Origin: Eledone cirrhosa
Lineage: Eukaryota
Direction of reading: 5' to 3'
NCBI GenBank assembly: GCA_964016885.1
Contig: OZ024743.1
Span: forward strand, 275,032,001-275,096,000
DNA length: 64,000 nt
Shown here: one piece after another, positions 40,246-55,880 of the stretch
Layout of the letters: every line of letters begins with the position of its first letter
Numbering within the stretch: position 1 is the first letter of the stretch
The notes under the pieces: generated by a model
What the model was told of the DNA's origin: nothing
Databases searched by the model: none
What the model saw: the letters and a program-made list of their open reading frames with translations, nothing else
Program-made: the position numbers and the translations under genes

Positions 40246-40498
40246 ATCATTATCATTGTGGTTGTTATAGACAATACAGTATAAAATCTAAAACAGAAGA
40301 GACAATATTGAGACAGAAGAGACAATATTGGGACACGACATGAAATTTAATTATTATAATTCAAATAGAAAAATAGACGAACGTATTCTATACAGAATAT
40401 ATTAGTTATATGTTAATCATACGAGCTAAACTAACGTATAGATACATATGCATATATATATGCATACATACGAACATACATATATACACCCCATACCA

Positions 40499-40550
<52 letters not shown>

Positions 40551-40566
40551 CAAACAAACAAACAAA

Positions 40567-40945
40567 CAAATCTGCTTGATATAGGTCTTGGCTAATCGTC
40601 CCCTGCTAGCTCTCCCTTGTGTAGGCTCCCAGGAAAGAACTTCCCTAACCATTTTGTCTTTAGCTCTCCAGCAAAGCTCTGTAAATCTGACTCTACGCTT
40701 TGATACTGAACGAAGGTTCCCATACAGTTGCTCATTGGGAAGAAGTTCTCTGAAAGTGATATTCAAAATCACTCTTAGCATGCGACTGTAAACTCCATCT
40801 AATCTTATTTACATACAATAGAACAGAGGTAAGAGTTGCTTGAAAGAAGTTTCTTTTCGTGCTGTCTGGACGTCTACATTTCCACGGAAGAGATAACTTG
40901 ACGATAGCACTCCAGGCCTTACCAATACATGAGCTTACATATGCA
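40567..40945 (-). mobile_element. RTE-clade LINE fragment (same type as 932-1457)
   Basis: [48 protein letters not shown]. Confidence 0.8.
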
Positions 40946-41015
40946 TGTATATACATATATATATATGTGTATATATATATATCTATATCTATATCGTATA
41001 TATATATATATACAG

Positions 41016-41046
<31 letters not shown>

Positions 41047-41048
41047 GC

Positions 41049-41079
<31 letters not shown>

Positions 41080-41333
41080 CTGTATATGTATATATATATA
41101 TATGTATATATATATGTTTATGTATATATGCATATATATATATATATATATCGTATATATATATATATATATATACAGTATATATACATATACATATATA
41201 TATATGCATATATATATATATATCTATATATCTATATCGTATATATATATATATATACAGTATATATACATATACATATTTATATATATATGCATATATA
41301 TATATATACATATATATGTCTATATACATATAC

Positions 41334-41555
<222 letters not shown>

Positions 41556-41824
41556 CGATTTCACCGAATTTAAATTCATAGAAATCTGGGACTTGTCTCT
41601 TTCTTACTCACTTTCTGTTGCTTCACCATTTTGTTTGTTTACCCTCGCGTCCCCTTTATTTACGTGTCCGAACGACTTTTTTTAGCCGTTGCTCGCACCA
41701 ACCGGAGGTATATGGTCTTTAAAGCGATGAAATGCCTATGATGGTTGGAAGATCACTGATGAAGGGCAAACTATTTTCATATGTAACCCAATTGCAACTC
41801 CGCAGCGCCCTTATTATCATATTT

Positions 41825-42972
<1,148 letters not shown>

Positions 42973-43065
42973 ATATATATATACATATAGGAAAAGGTAT
43001 GACCCGACGGCAGAGCTCAATCCGTTTCGACGGCTATTTCCATCTGGTTCCTTACCACAATTCCT

Positions 43066-43134
<69 letters not shown>

Positions 43135-43164
43135 TATATGTATATAAATATATATATATATTTA

Positions 43165-43240
<76 letters not shown>

Positions 43241-43929
43241 GAAGAAGAACCCCCCCCCCCCCTCCTCTCCTCTGTCTACACTATATAGAACAGCCAAACT
43301 CACCAACACCAGAAACTAGATACACCACCCACCCCATCACCTGTGTACACTAAACACAACAGCCAGATAACGGCATTTTCACCACCACCGCTCACTACGG
43401 CCATCATTACCACCATTATCCCATCACCGCCGCCACCACCCCTTCACTCCTTCACTGCTGCCACCGCTACAGCACCATCACTACAGTAATACGGTCACAT
43501 CACCGCCACCACTGCCTCGGTATCGACATCACCACCACCACTGTCTCAGTATCGCTACCGCCGCCAGTCCCCACTTCTCCCAGCTGACTGCTGCCACCAC
43601 ATTATAGAATCCCTACTGCTAAAAAAGAGGAAGGCATCAAAACATCAAAATATATAGATAGACTCAAAAGAAAAAACAAAAAACAAACAACAAAACCAAA
43701 GCAGCACAGCAACAACAGCAAAAAACGAGAAAAACAAACAGAGAAAAACAAAAACAAAAACAAAAACAAAACAAAAAACCCAAAAAACGTAAAGAAAATA
43801 AGAATGAAGAGAGAAGCAGGCGGACGGACAGAGAAGAGGGGGGAAAAACTAAAACTTAAAAAACAAAAACTAAGTCAGACATTCGAACACTACATTACAA
43901 TGAAACTTATGCTTATTCATTTTTGGGGC

Positions 43930-46900
43930 CCTTTCTGCCTGTGTGTTTGTTTGTTTGTGTGTGTTCGTATACAGCGTGGTGATAATGCCACACAAGGGCC
44001 AAGTGGAATGGCGGATCCACAGATGGCTATGTAACCATACATTCGCCAATCCTCGATAAGAGTGTTTAAATATCGAACATAAACAGTTCGAATAACGGTG
44101 AAATGGAGACTAGAACGTCATGTGACAGACTCTCACCCAACAGGTGCCCCCTGGCTCAGCAGCAGGAACCTGACTGTCAACCAAATACTGCTGATGTTGG
44201 AGGAAGGAGAAGAAGGAAAGGGGGCAGAACCAACTGGACGAAAGAATTGAATAGAACTGTTATGCAATGTTACCTGAAAAGTAACCCCAAGGAGAGGGGC
44301 TACAGGAGATGGATGCATAACATCTGGAACAAGATTGGTTTATTTAAATTAGATGAACAAAAATTGGCCGGGCAGGCTCGGGTAATAAGAACTAATGGGT
44401 GGATAAGCGAGCTGAAACTGGAGGAACTGAGCAGAGAGAATGGCTTGGAGATGGCGGGTGTAGTATGCCAGACAAGCGAGCCAGTGGGAAATGAAGGTGA
44501 AGAGGTCCTGAGAACGGAGGAACCACCCGAAGCAGATAATGATCTGAATACTGAGATAAATAATACCTGGAACAGAGATACGGCCACTGAGGAGATGAAT
44601 GCTGACGGGCTAGGACAAGATTCGGTTGACATCCTAAATTTAGTGGTAGATGAATTGAACAATGATAGTGGGAGACCTATGAACCTAAGATTTGTAGACA
44701 GGAAAAAGTTAAAAGAAACAACAGCTAAGGTAAACAAAGTCATCCCATACCTTGAGGCGAGGAGCCTTCACCAGTGCAACAATATCCTCAAAGCAACAGC
44801 AAATACGGTGAGGAAACTACTTGGTATAAAAGCGAGAGGAAACAACAGACAAGAAAGAACAGAGCCGTGGTGGAAGAAACGAGTGGGCAAATCGGGGAAA
44901 TGAGAAATGACATAGGAAAGCTTGAGTCACTACTGAATGGGACACTAAAAAACATAGGCACTAAAAATAGACTGGAAATAAAGTACAAAACTAGGAGGAA
45001 AAAGCTAAATATTATCATAGAGGAACTGAAGCAACGCATTGTAGCAAAGAGTGCAAAAATCAGGCGATACGAGAACAGAGTCAGTCAGTATAAACAGAAC
45101 CGCATGTTCGACAACAACCAGAAGATGCTGTTTGGACAGCTTGAGGGGAAAGAAAGAGGCAACGACTTGATCCCTGGGGCGGAGCAAACTAAAACATTCT
45201 GGAGAGGAATATGGGAGCAGGATGTTAGACATAATGTCCAGGCAGGGTGGATTGAGACAGTACAGAGGGAGATCGGTGAGCAGGCACAACAACAAACTGA
45301 TTTGAGTATCACAGTTGAAACTCTTAAGGGGCAGGCCAAAAAACTAACCAACTGGAAATCACCAGGCCCAGATGGTGTGCAGGGGTATTGGATTAAACAT
45401 TTAACATCCCTCCACCCGAAGCTGACGGCCATGTTCAATGACTGCTTGGTGTCGGGTGAGGTGCCAGAGTGGTTGACAAAAGGTACCACAGTTCTGATAA
45501 TGAAAGACCGAATCAAGGGTAATGATGTTACCAACTATAGACCTATCACATGTCTGTCCGTAATGTGGAAACTGTTGACGAGCATTGTGTCTGAGGAAAT
45601 CTACCATCACCTCCACACAAACAACTTGTTACCGGACGAACAGAAAGGATGCCGAAAGAAGTCACGTGGTACAAAGGACCAGTTACTTGTTGATAAGATG
45701 GTAATGGGGAATTGCAGGAGGAGACACACTGATCTTGCCATGGGATGGATAGACTACAGAAAGGCATTTGACATGGTGCCTCATTCTTGGATCACCAAAA
45801 GCCTGGAGATCTTCAGGGTGGCGGATAACATCAGACAGTTGCTAGGCAGGAGTATGGGGTCCTGGGAGACAGAGTTGACATCAACTGGAGTATCCTTGGG
45901 AAGCGTGAAGATCAAGAGAGGTATCTTCCAGGGAGATAGCCTGTCCCCTCTGTTGTTTGTCCTTGCCCTGATGCCCTTGACCATTATGCTGCGAAAAGTG
46001 AGAGCAGGATACAAGTTGGGAAGGGGAGAGCTTACCATCAATCACCTCCTCTTCATGGACGATCTTAAGCTCTTCGGGAAAAGTGAGAAGGAGTTGGATG
46101 TGCTTGTTGACACTGTCCGTATTTTCAGCAGTGATATATGTATGCAGTTTGGTATTGGTAAATGTGGAGTCATTGTGATGAGGAGGGGTAGGTTGAGCAG
46201 AAGTAACGGGATCCAGATACCAACAGGTGAGATGATAAAGGAAATTGACTCTGAGGAAGGATACAAGTATTTGGGCGTTCTGGAGGCTGATGGCATAAAG
46301 AACAAAAAAATGAAGGAATTGTTAAGAACTGAATACATTCGGAGAGTAAGGAGCGTATTGAAGTCACATCTGAACAGCAGAAATGCCATAAGCGCAGTAA
46401 ATTCCCGAGCTGTGTCTATTATTAGGTACAGTGCGGAAATTCTGAGATGGAATGTTGCTGAACAAAAAGAAATGGATAGGAAGACTAGGAAGCTATTGAC
46501 TATCTACAACATGTTCCACAAGAGGAGTGATGTCGATAGACTCTACCTAAGGAGATCTGAGGGTGGAAGAGGTCTTATCAGCATAGAGGACTGTGTTCAG
46601 ATGGAGAAAAACAACCTATACAAATACGTGACCTATAGTAAGGAGCCAATGCTCAGAACTATACTGAAGGAGGGGGACAGTAGGCCAGGGGATGTCCAAG
46701 GAGGAAATAACATCAAGGAGGAAGAGCAGCCTTAAGGGAAAATCCCTTCATAGTACCTTCTTTGAGAAAACTGAATTTAGAGATCCACAGACATGGAACT
46801 GGTTGAGAAGAGGAGACCTCAAAAAGGCTACAGAAGGAATGCTAATGGCTGCGCAGGAGCAGGCCCTCAAAACGAAGTGGTTGAAGCACCATATTTACAA

Positions 46901-47575
46901 GGAGGAGGCTAGCCGACTGTGCAGGATCTGTGGAGAGAGAGAGGAGACTGTGGCTCACATTGTGTCCGAGTGTAAACACCTAGCCCAGACCCACTATAAG
47001 GGCTGGAGACACGATGTGATGGGCAAGGTGATCCACTGGCACCTGTGCAAAGTAAACAATTTACCACATTCTGAGAAATGGTATGAGCATAGGCCAGAGG
47101 CGGTGATGGAGAACAATCAGGTGAAGGTGCTGTGGGATTTTAGGATACAGACGGACAAAAAACTGGAACACAATAGACCTGACCTGGTGGTTGTGGACAA
47201 AGAAAAAAGATCGTGTCTGATTGTGGATGTGGCCTGCCCGTTCGACACGAGAGTGCAAGAGAAGGAGAGGGAGAAAATTAACCGATACCAGGACCTAAAG
47301 TGGGAGGTGAAAAGGATTTGGAACTGCCATGAAGTCAAAGTGATCCCGATTGTCATAGGCGCACTGGGGACTATCTCCAAAAGTTTCCAGGGATGGTTAA
47401 AGAAAATCGGCCACTTCACGCTTTTTGGAACGCTTCAAAAGGCATGCTTGCTTGGAACAGCAAGAACCCTCCGATACGTCCTGAATATCTGAGGCTGCAG
47501 GTAGTGGCTTGATATTCAATCCAACGGACTTTCCAGTTAACCAACATCAATGACTGAGATTCAAGGAATAACAAC

Positions 47576-47649
<74 letters not shown>
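43930..47649 (+). mobile_element. R4/Dong-type RLE LINE, near full length, two frameshifts, ending in (TAA)n
   Basis: ORFs 44103-44903, 44774-46735 (WKSPGPDG, NYRPITC, GIFQGDSLSP, FMDDLKL) and 46692-47492 (CRIC..HIVSEC, RHD, NRPDLVV); 5' boundary approximate. Confidence 0.9.
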
Positions 47650-47987
<338 letters not shown>

Positions 47988-48196
47988 ATATATACCTTTA
48001 TTTTTAACCGTTGGTCAATCAATGATAAACATTGATTGCCAGATAAATTAATTATGGAGATATAAATGATACAGAAGCGAAGACCAACCCAAACAGAACA
48101 GTGGGTGTCTTTTATTATTATTTCTGGCAATATTATAACAATATCACCCTCCCTAAATATAACAACATATATATATATATACATATATATGTATAA

Positions 48197-48271
<75 letters not shown>

Positions 48272-48294
48272 TATACATATATATGCATATATAT

Positions 48295-48904
48295 ATGGTG
48301 GCTGCCAACTCGTTTTCGAGTACGGCCACTACTTTATATCCATGTAGGAGAACCCCTACCGATGCGTTGAAAGAGTGTGACATTTTATTCCAGCCAGCGA
48401 CTTGAAAACTCTAGTACAAACACTACACTTGTGACAATTATTGACACATAGTGCTGGGCCCTTGGTACCATCTGACGACAAGTGCAGAGAGATCTGCAGA
48501 TATAAAGCAATGCCTGTGCCGTGAAGCTTTTATAGTGAGCAAAGGCACTGCACAAAGCCAGTCCCACTCTCTTAACCAAGATGATATTTACCAAAAAGAA
48601 GAACAAGTCAACATCATTGGATACCATCAGGGTTGCAGGTGTTATATCAGAGTTTTCCTTCTCCTAGAATTCTGCCTTGACAAAGGCTAAGGGGTCATCT
48701 CTCCCGGTGATTTGGGATGGCCATTGACTCTTAAGAGCTCCGTTGCCCTTTGACAGGTTTTGTTTTTAGTCCTGCAGGATGTCCAAAGTCACCCTCCTCA
48801 CCAAGAAACCTTGGTGGGGTTGCCAGTTTAGTCGCCAACGACCCGGCCATGGGACAGGTTGTACTGGAATACATGTTACCAGTAGCACCAACTGGTGACC
48901 TGAC
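48295..48904 (-). mobile_element. Non-autonomous RTE derivative (5' UTR-like part joined to 3' end)
   Basis: Ends with [19 protein letters not shown]-like C2H2 remnant; 5' part has RTE-UTR-like taaactggcaacc and ctaggagaaggaaaactctg. Confidence 0.6.
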
Positions 48905-49181
48905 ATATATATATATATATATATATACATACACACCTGTATATATACATATATATATATATATGTGTATGTATATATGTGTATATATATACAGTCCAGA
49001 AATAGCCGTCAAAACGGCTTGAGCTCTGCAGTCGGGGTCATACTTTTTTCCTATTGCCCACTCTACTACCCTAAGTATTGAGTACTCTGGTGCGTTATGG
49101 TCCATCTGGTTCCTTACCACAATTCCTTCGTTACATATATATATATATATACATACACACACAAATATATATATAAATATA

Positions 49182-49237
<56 letters not shown>

Positions 49238-49240
<3 letters not shown>

Positions 49241-50480
49241 AAAATTAAGATAAATTAAATGAATTCAATCTAAATCGAAATTGTGGGTGTCATGCCTTAA
49301 CGGAATGCTCCATATCGCCCGGAAAATAACCTCAAAGACTTTGTAGGTACGAGCATTTTATAATAACTAGGAATTGATCAACATATATATAAATAAATAT
49401 AAACATGAATAATCACGGGAGATAATTTTTACAAGCGTGTAACCACGCATGGCTAGTAGGTAACAAATAAATAAAGTTAACTAGAACTTCAAAAATAGAT
49501 ACCTTTTAATGATTAATCTTCCCTGTATATATTTCATTAAAGAAATATATTTCACCAATTAATCAGATGGTAAGTCACAGAAAGTGGATATTATTGGATT
49601 ATCAACAAGGAAGAACAATTATCAGCGATCCATGTTTACACTTCGAGTCAAAATCTTTAACTGGCCGCTACCACGTGTTGTTTTTACACATCACAGCGGC
49701 TTCGTCTCAGTGGCGTGAATAGGTATTCGACAACTAGAAATAGCAGTCAATTCCCTTCAACAGAGTTAGCTCTACAATTAAGGAGCCGTATTTATATATA
49801 GCCATGCGTGGTTACACGTAAAAATTACATGTAAAAATTATCTCCCGTGATTATTCATGTTTATATTTATTTATATATATGTTGATCAATTCCTAGTTAT
49901 TATAAAATGCTCGCACCTACAAAGTCTTTGAGCTTATTTTCCGGGCGATATGGCGCATTCCGTTAAGGCATGACACCCACAATTTCGATTTAGATTGAAT
50001 TCATTTAATTTATCTTAATTTTGGATATAGATATATAAATACGGCTCCTTAATTGTAGAGCTAACTCTGTTGAAGGGAATTGACTGCTATTTCTAGTTGT
50101 CGAATACCTATTCACGCCACTGAGACGAAGCCGCTGTGATGTGTAAAAACAACACGTGGTAGCGGCCAGTTAAAGATTTTGACTCAAAGTGTAAACATGG
50201 ATCGCTGAATATTGTTCTTCCTTGTTGATAATCCAATAATATCCACTTTCTGTGACTTACCATCTGATTAATTGGTGAAATATATTTCTTTAATGAAATA
50301 TATTCAGGGAAGATTAATCATTAAAAGGTATTTATTTTTGAAGTTCTAGTTAACTTTATTTATTTGTTACCTACTAGCCATGCGTGGTTACACGCTTGTA
50401 CAAATTATCTCCTGTGATTATTCATGATTATTCATGTTTATATTTATTTATATATATGTTGATCAATTCCTAGTTATTAT
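49238..50480. repeat. Complex inverted/tandem repeat A-B-A'-B'-a' in (TA)n
   Basis: A 49238-49455, B 49455-49800; reverse complements at 49800-50027 (A'), 50031-50378 (B') and 50375-50480 (partial A'). Confidence 0.85.
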
Positions 50481-51141
50481 ATATATATACATTTATATAT
50501 ATATGCACATATACATGCACGCACGCACACACACATACACACACATATCGCACAGTGTGTAAACTCTAGTGTGTCAAACTTAGTGCAAAATGAATATATG
50601 AATAACTTCATCTACTTCATTAATGAAGTATTATCTTCCGTTTTCACTTATAAACTGTTACATAGTTCATTGTCGCTGGCTCCTTGTATCCAACAATTAG
50701 TTCCCTCTGGTTTGACTAGCTCCTCTATGATGATGACCTTCATGATTATGGAGACTGAGGAGAAAAATTCTTACATGGGAAATGAGATGACATAGATGGC
50801 CCGTGTGATCAAGTCTTGGCTTGGTTGATTAAGTTAGATTTATTATGATGATGTTAATTCCTTGAAAAAATGTCAAAATACAATAAGCACAACAACAACA
50901 ACGACAACAACTAGGAGGGCGATTTTGATGATAATAATGATAATGATGAGAACAAGGATTATGATGATGATGATGATGATTAATAATAATTTTAGAATAG
51001 GGTGGTGTGATCGATTTCAATGGGTTTTCTCAGAAGAAATCCCAATATATAATCAATCGAAGAATTCAATCACATGTTCCAGTTCGCTTAACATTCGTGG
51101 ATTAGCGATTCATTTCTCTGCTTGGCTAATCTATTCTTCTT

Positions 51142-51604
51142 GATCTTGATCCAGGGTCTTGAAATCACCCAAGGAGGAGGAACTCCTCCCTGGACTCCTT
51201 CCAGCGATCTCTGTCCCTTGCCAGTCTTGGCTATGAGGGTCCCAGGTGGTTGGTGATGTCGTCTGGCCATCTTGTCCTTGGACGTCTCTTTGATCTTGTC
51301 CATTTTCTTGGTGTCCACTCTGTCACTACGATGGTCCATTTGTTGTCACTGAGTTGTGAGATGTGGCCAGCCCATCTGTTGTCACTGAGTCATGAAATGT
51401 GGCCAGCCCATCTGTTGTCACTGAGTCACGAGATGTGGCCAGCCCAGCTGTTGTCACTGAGTCGTGAGATGTGGCCAGCCCATCTGTTGTCACTGAGTCA
51501 TGAAATGTGGCCAGCCCATCTGTGATTGTTTGTTTTGGTGGTTGTTATCATGTCGCTGACTCCAGTTTGTTATCGGATCCAAGTGTTCTTCTTCTTGTCA
51601 CCTG
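51142..51604 (-). mobile_element. RTE 3' fragment with five 36-bp tandem repeats and TSD TTCTTCTT
   Basis: RWAGHISRLSDN-type unit x5 (51337-51523), then VTEWTPR..RPRTRW..DRDRWK; TSD 51134-51141/51605-51612. Confidence 0.85.
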
Positions 51605-52081
51605 TTCTTCTTATGGCTCCTCAATTTCCTGCGTTCACCCATCGCTCCGTGTGGCAATAAGAGAAACTTTGATCAATGTTGAGGTGACACAAATGGCAGG
51701 TGAGAGTAAGTATAGGGCCTGATTGATTAAGCGGGATGTTTGGTTCTTGTTATTTTCCCTGCACTTCCTCTTTTTGTCTTTTGATTTCGAAAATGAAAGT
51801 TCTTTTAATGGCGAATTGATGTCAGTTGAAATGTTTTTGTTACAAAGGTTTCAAACGAATTTGGGTCCATTTTCATTAGCTTGAGAGTTGACATTAGTGA
51901 GGATTTCTACCAGCAGAGATGACGCGCCTGTGGTCTCCTGCTTCTGGTAAGTTTGCTGAAGGGTATCTGACATTCTTCCTTCCAACATGTGCTGACCATT
52001 AATGACGGTGGATTCGTTGCTTTGATATTGGCTCTGTCAAGAACAGAATTGTTAGTTATGTGGTTCTCCCATCTCTCTCTC

Positions 52082-52135
<54 letters not shown>

Positions 52136-52191
52136 CCGAAGAGATTCTTTTGGTAAAAACAGGAACATCTTTAATAATGTTATTATATATA

Positions 52192-52279
52192 CTAGCAGAA
52201 AAACCACCCTTCGGGTGGTTTTCTGCTACCATGTGTAGTGTGTATATTGATATTATACGCAAGTATATATACATGTAGA
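52192..52279 (-). mobile_element. Possible miniature non-autonomous Helitron
   Basis: Minus: A|TC...hairpin accaccc gaa gggtggt...CTAG|T. Confidence 0.45.
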
Positions 52280-52689
52280 TATGATACATCAGAGAGAGAG
52301 AGCAGTACAAAGTCAACGGTAAAAGTAACGGGATCAGGGAGTCTTATCGCCACAGTCAACCTCTGGAATTCCTTATAGTTTCGGTTCACACTATTCCTTA
52401 AATTTAGGTTCACATTATTCATTCGAGTGCGAATTGGGAAAGAAACAAAGCAGGTAGAGACAAAGACGGGACTAGTTATGTCTTTCGGAGAATTACACTA
52501 GTAAGTAATTTCGGCGAATTACACACAGAAAAAGAAAAAATGATAGATATATAAGTATGTGTGTGTGTATATATATATATAGATACACACTCATACACAC
52601 ACTCATAGATACATACATATATACATACATACACACATACGTATGTGTACGCATGCATGTACAATGGTGTTTGCTACACATGCACACAT

Positions 52690-53150
52690 ATATACATGTA
52701 TGTATGTATGAATGTATGTATGTATGTATGTATGTATGTATGTATGTATGTATGTATGTATGCATGTATGTATGTATGTATGCATGTATGTATGTATATA
52801 TATATGTATGTATGTATATATACATACATGTATGTATGTATGTATGTATGTATTTATGTATGTATGCATGCATGTATGTATGTATGTATACATGTATGTA
52901 TGTATGCATGTATGTATGTATGTATGTATACATGTATGTATGTATGTATGTATGTATGTATGTATGTATATATACATGTATGTATGTATGTATGTATGTA
53001 TGTATGTATGTATGTATGTATGTATGTATGTATGTATATATACATGTATGTATGTATGTATGTATGTATGTATGTATGTATGTATGTATGCATGTATGTA
53101 TGTATGTATGTATGTATGTATGTATGTATGTATGTATGTATGTATGTATG
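52690..53150. repeat. (TATG)n microsatellite
   Basis: Direct inspection. Confidence 0.95.
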
Positions 53151-53198
53151 TGTATCCATTATGTTGGCTTTGATCTGTTGAGTAGCTGCTTGTTGTTT

Positions 53199-53255
53199 AT
53201 TTGATTCTGCTTTCGTGAGGAAATACTTTTTTTTTTAAAGTAGTATTTTGGTTGG

Positions 53256-53341
<86 letters not shown>

Positions 53342-53399
53342 TCACCCAACCACATTACTACTTTAAAAACAGGATTTCCTCACGAAAGCAGAATCAAAT
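53199..53399. repeat. ~57-bp inverted repeat with (TA)n spacer
   Basis: atttgattctgctttcgtgaggaaat.. / ..atttcctcacgaaagcagaatcaaat. Confidence 0.85.
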
Positions 53400-53423
53400 A
53401 TATATATATATATATATATATAT

Positions 53424-54319
53424 TGTTTCTGAATTTGTTTAGCAAGATTCTTTATCTGAAAACGTGTGTTGAAACCGATATTGTTATACTTTGGGAGGGT
53501 CATGTTGACAATAAGAAACACACGCACCAGTTGCTTTCACTTCAATTTATTATAAATTAAATTTATAAATTTAGGAATTTATAAATTTCCGGTTGGTTGG
53601 TTGGTTCCACAACCAGACGATTGTTCATATATTGTCAAAGTTCTTTCGTCACACATTCTGTGACCTCTTCAGTGACTGGGGATTCTTTTCTTTGTTTTTG
53701 TGCCTCTCCTTTGTTCTGTCCTACGCCATCTTGTTTTTGTGTGTGTTGTGTGCTTAGTTTGCGCATGTGTTACATCCGGGTGTCTGTGTGTGTTTATATT
53801 TGTTTATTTATTTGTTTATTTACATGTTACTGGTTGGTTGTTTGTTCTATGTGTGTGTGTGTATTTTCATTTTGTCCTTAATTGTAAATTGTGATATTGC
53901 TGTTCCATTCATGTTTTCTATTTAATTTTGGTTGGAGTTCATTTATGTTTATTGCCTCTGTGATTTGTCTAAACATTGCGTCTTTTCTGTGTGTAGATTC
54001 TATTTATATTTCTATGTTCTCTAATTTACCCTTATGTTCTATTTTAGCATGTTGGTGGAGTACAGATGATTCTTTACTATCTTGTAACTCTCGCCAGTGT
54101 TCATTTATCCGTTCCCCTATACTACCAGCTGTCTCACCTGTGTACACTATATTCTTATCTCTACATTGTCCTTCCGTATGAACAATCGTCTGGTTGCGGA
54201 ACCAACCAATCGGAAATTTATAAATTCCTAAATTTTAAATTTAATTTATAATAAATTTAAGTGAAAGCAACTGGTGCGTGTGTTTCTTATTGGCAACATG
54301 ACCCTCCCAAAGTATAACA

Positions 54320-54322
<3 letters not shown>
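53424..54322 (-). mobile_element. Penelope-like element fragment: GIY-YIG remnant, hammerhead, pLTR, tail, plus inverted pLTR
   Basis: YTGETAGSIGERINEH at ~54150-54095; hammerhead 53676-53634 GTCA-CTGAAGA-ggtcaca gaa tgtgtgac-GAAA-G AA C-TT-TGAC; inverted arms 53479-53629/54177-54322. Confidence 0.85.
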
Positions 54323-54369
<47 letters not shown>

Positions 54370-54919
54370 CGTTATATCTATACATATACTGCGTAATTGT
54401 GCTTAGCGTACTTCTGAATACACACACACATAGAAACAATCACTAAGAATAAATTACGAAAGATGTTATGCGCGCGTGTGTGTGTGTACGTGTGTGTGCG
54501 CGCGCGTGTCTGTATGTGTGTGTGTGTATGTGTGTGTATGTGTGTGTGAATGTGTGTGTGAATGTGTGTGTGTGTGTGCGTCTGTGTGCGAATCAAACAC
54601 TGTTTAAAAGGAAAAATGTAATCATATAGATGAAAAAAAAATACGCATAATAAATTTTCTTAAAAGACACCGTATCTTGCAAAGTCCCAGAATGTTTTCA
54701 TGGAAGTCTGATCTACAGCCAACTTAAACATCGTTTTTTATATTTCAAACTAAGTTTCCGTGGGCAGTTAGGGGAGGATTAAGTTTGCACGGGGCCTCAG
54801 GCCGAAAATTTGTGTATTATTTATGACAGCAAAAAAAAATAATAATTTGGGGATCCTTAAATATTTTGTACCCCTTGGCTACAGCCTAGTCAACCCCTCA
54901 TCTTTAATTTGTCATTTTT

Positions 54920-55880
54920 TTTATAGTGCTTTTATAGTGCCTTTACCCTCAGATTTTAAACCTGAACTTTAAAGCTAGTATTGGGATTCTTGTAATCTTA
55001 TGCTGGTTCTTTTACCTTTGATGGCATACTGCACATCCAAAGTTCTTTCTTGACATTTACTCATTGTTAACTTTTCAAATATATTTATTACACCTAATTA
55101 TTTTCCTAGTATCTTATTTTTTCTTCTAAGAATTTCCTTTTTTTATTCCCAACCTCTGCTCTAGCCTCGTTGATATATTTGTCAGCATCCTTAAAATAGA
55201 GAATAATTTCTTTCTTTTTTTTTTTCTTCCCTTTTTCCTGTTTTTTAGCTATTTGTGCCTACTGTCATTTTCTGCTATATATTTATGTAAACAAACATTA
55301 GTTGTCTTAAAGAGATTTTCTAATTGTACGAGACCACTTCCATTTTCTGTTCGTTGTAAATATAGTCTGTCGCTCTCTACTTCAGAATACTGTATTCTAA
55401 ACATAGTCAGTAAGCCTCCTTGTATTTTCTAGTCTCCTTGCTTCGTTCATATTCGAATTTATTACTATAAAAGTATAGCTATTTGCTGGTATGGCTAATG
55501 TATGACCCATTCTTTTATTTTTATAATTTATTTCCTCCCGAGACTTATGCATCAGTAATATTCTTGTCTGATTTTTCCCTTTTTATTCTGGAATGTTGTA
55601 TACTTCTTGTATATTCTATAGGCTTGTCTTTGTTTTAATTCCTTAATGCCAATATCTTTATCAAATTGTACAGCGAAGATTATGTGCATTTATAAATCTT
55701 TCTTAACCTTTGCCCATTTTTCTAGTCATATTTTCATACAGATAATATCCCAATAAAATCCTGCACCAGTTTTAATAAGTTGTCCAACTGGTTATCATAT
55801 TCGGCGAACAATTTTAAGTCGTCCGTGTATAAAATATGATTTATAACAACCCCTGACAGTTTTATCCACTACGTATTAGT
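54920..55880 (-). mobile_element. Old, decayed R4/Dong-type LINE fragment
   Basis: YTDDLKLFAE..QLDNLLKLV at ~55830-55760, downstream IKEL/KIRQEY-like remnants; possible further piece ~60400-60900. Confidence 0.6.

Noticed and set aside
41755-41812. CTGATGA-agggc...gccctt
   Set aside because: No GAAA or stem III follows before the (TA)n; incomplete.
43950-44040. HDV-like ribozyme at the 5' end of the Dong-type element (and at 21524-21600)
   Set aside because: Some helices are present but I could not fit P3/L3/P1.1; unsupported without a structure search.
51337-51523. 36-bp repeats resembling a CRISPR array
   Set aside because: Contiguous units without spacers, internal to an RTE ORF, eukaryotic context, no cas genes.
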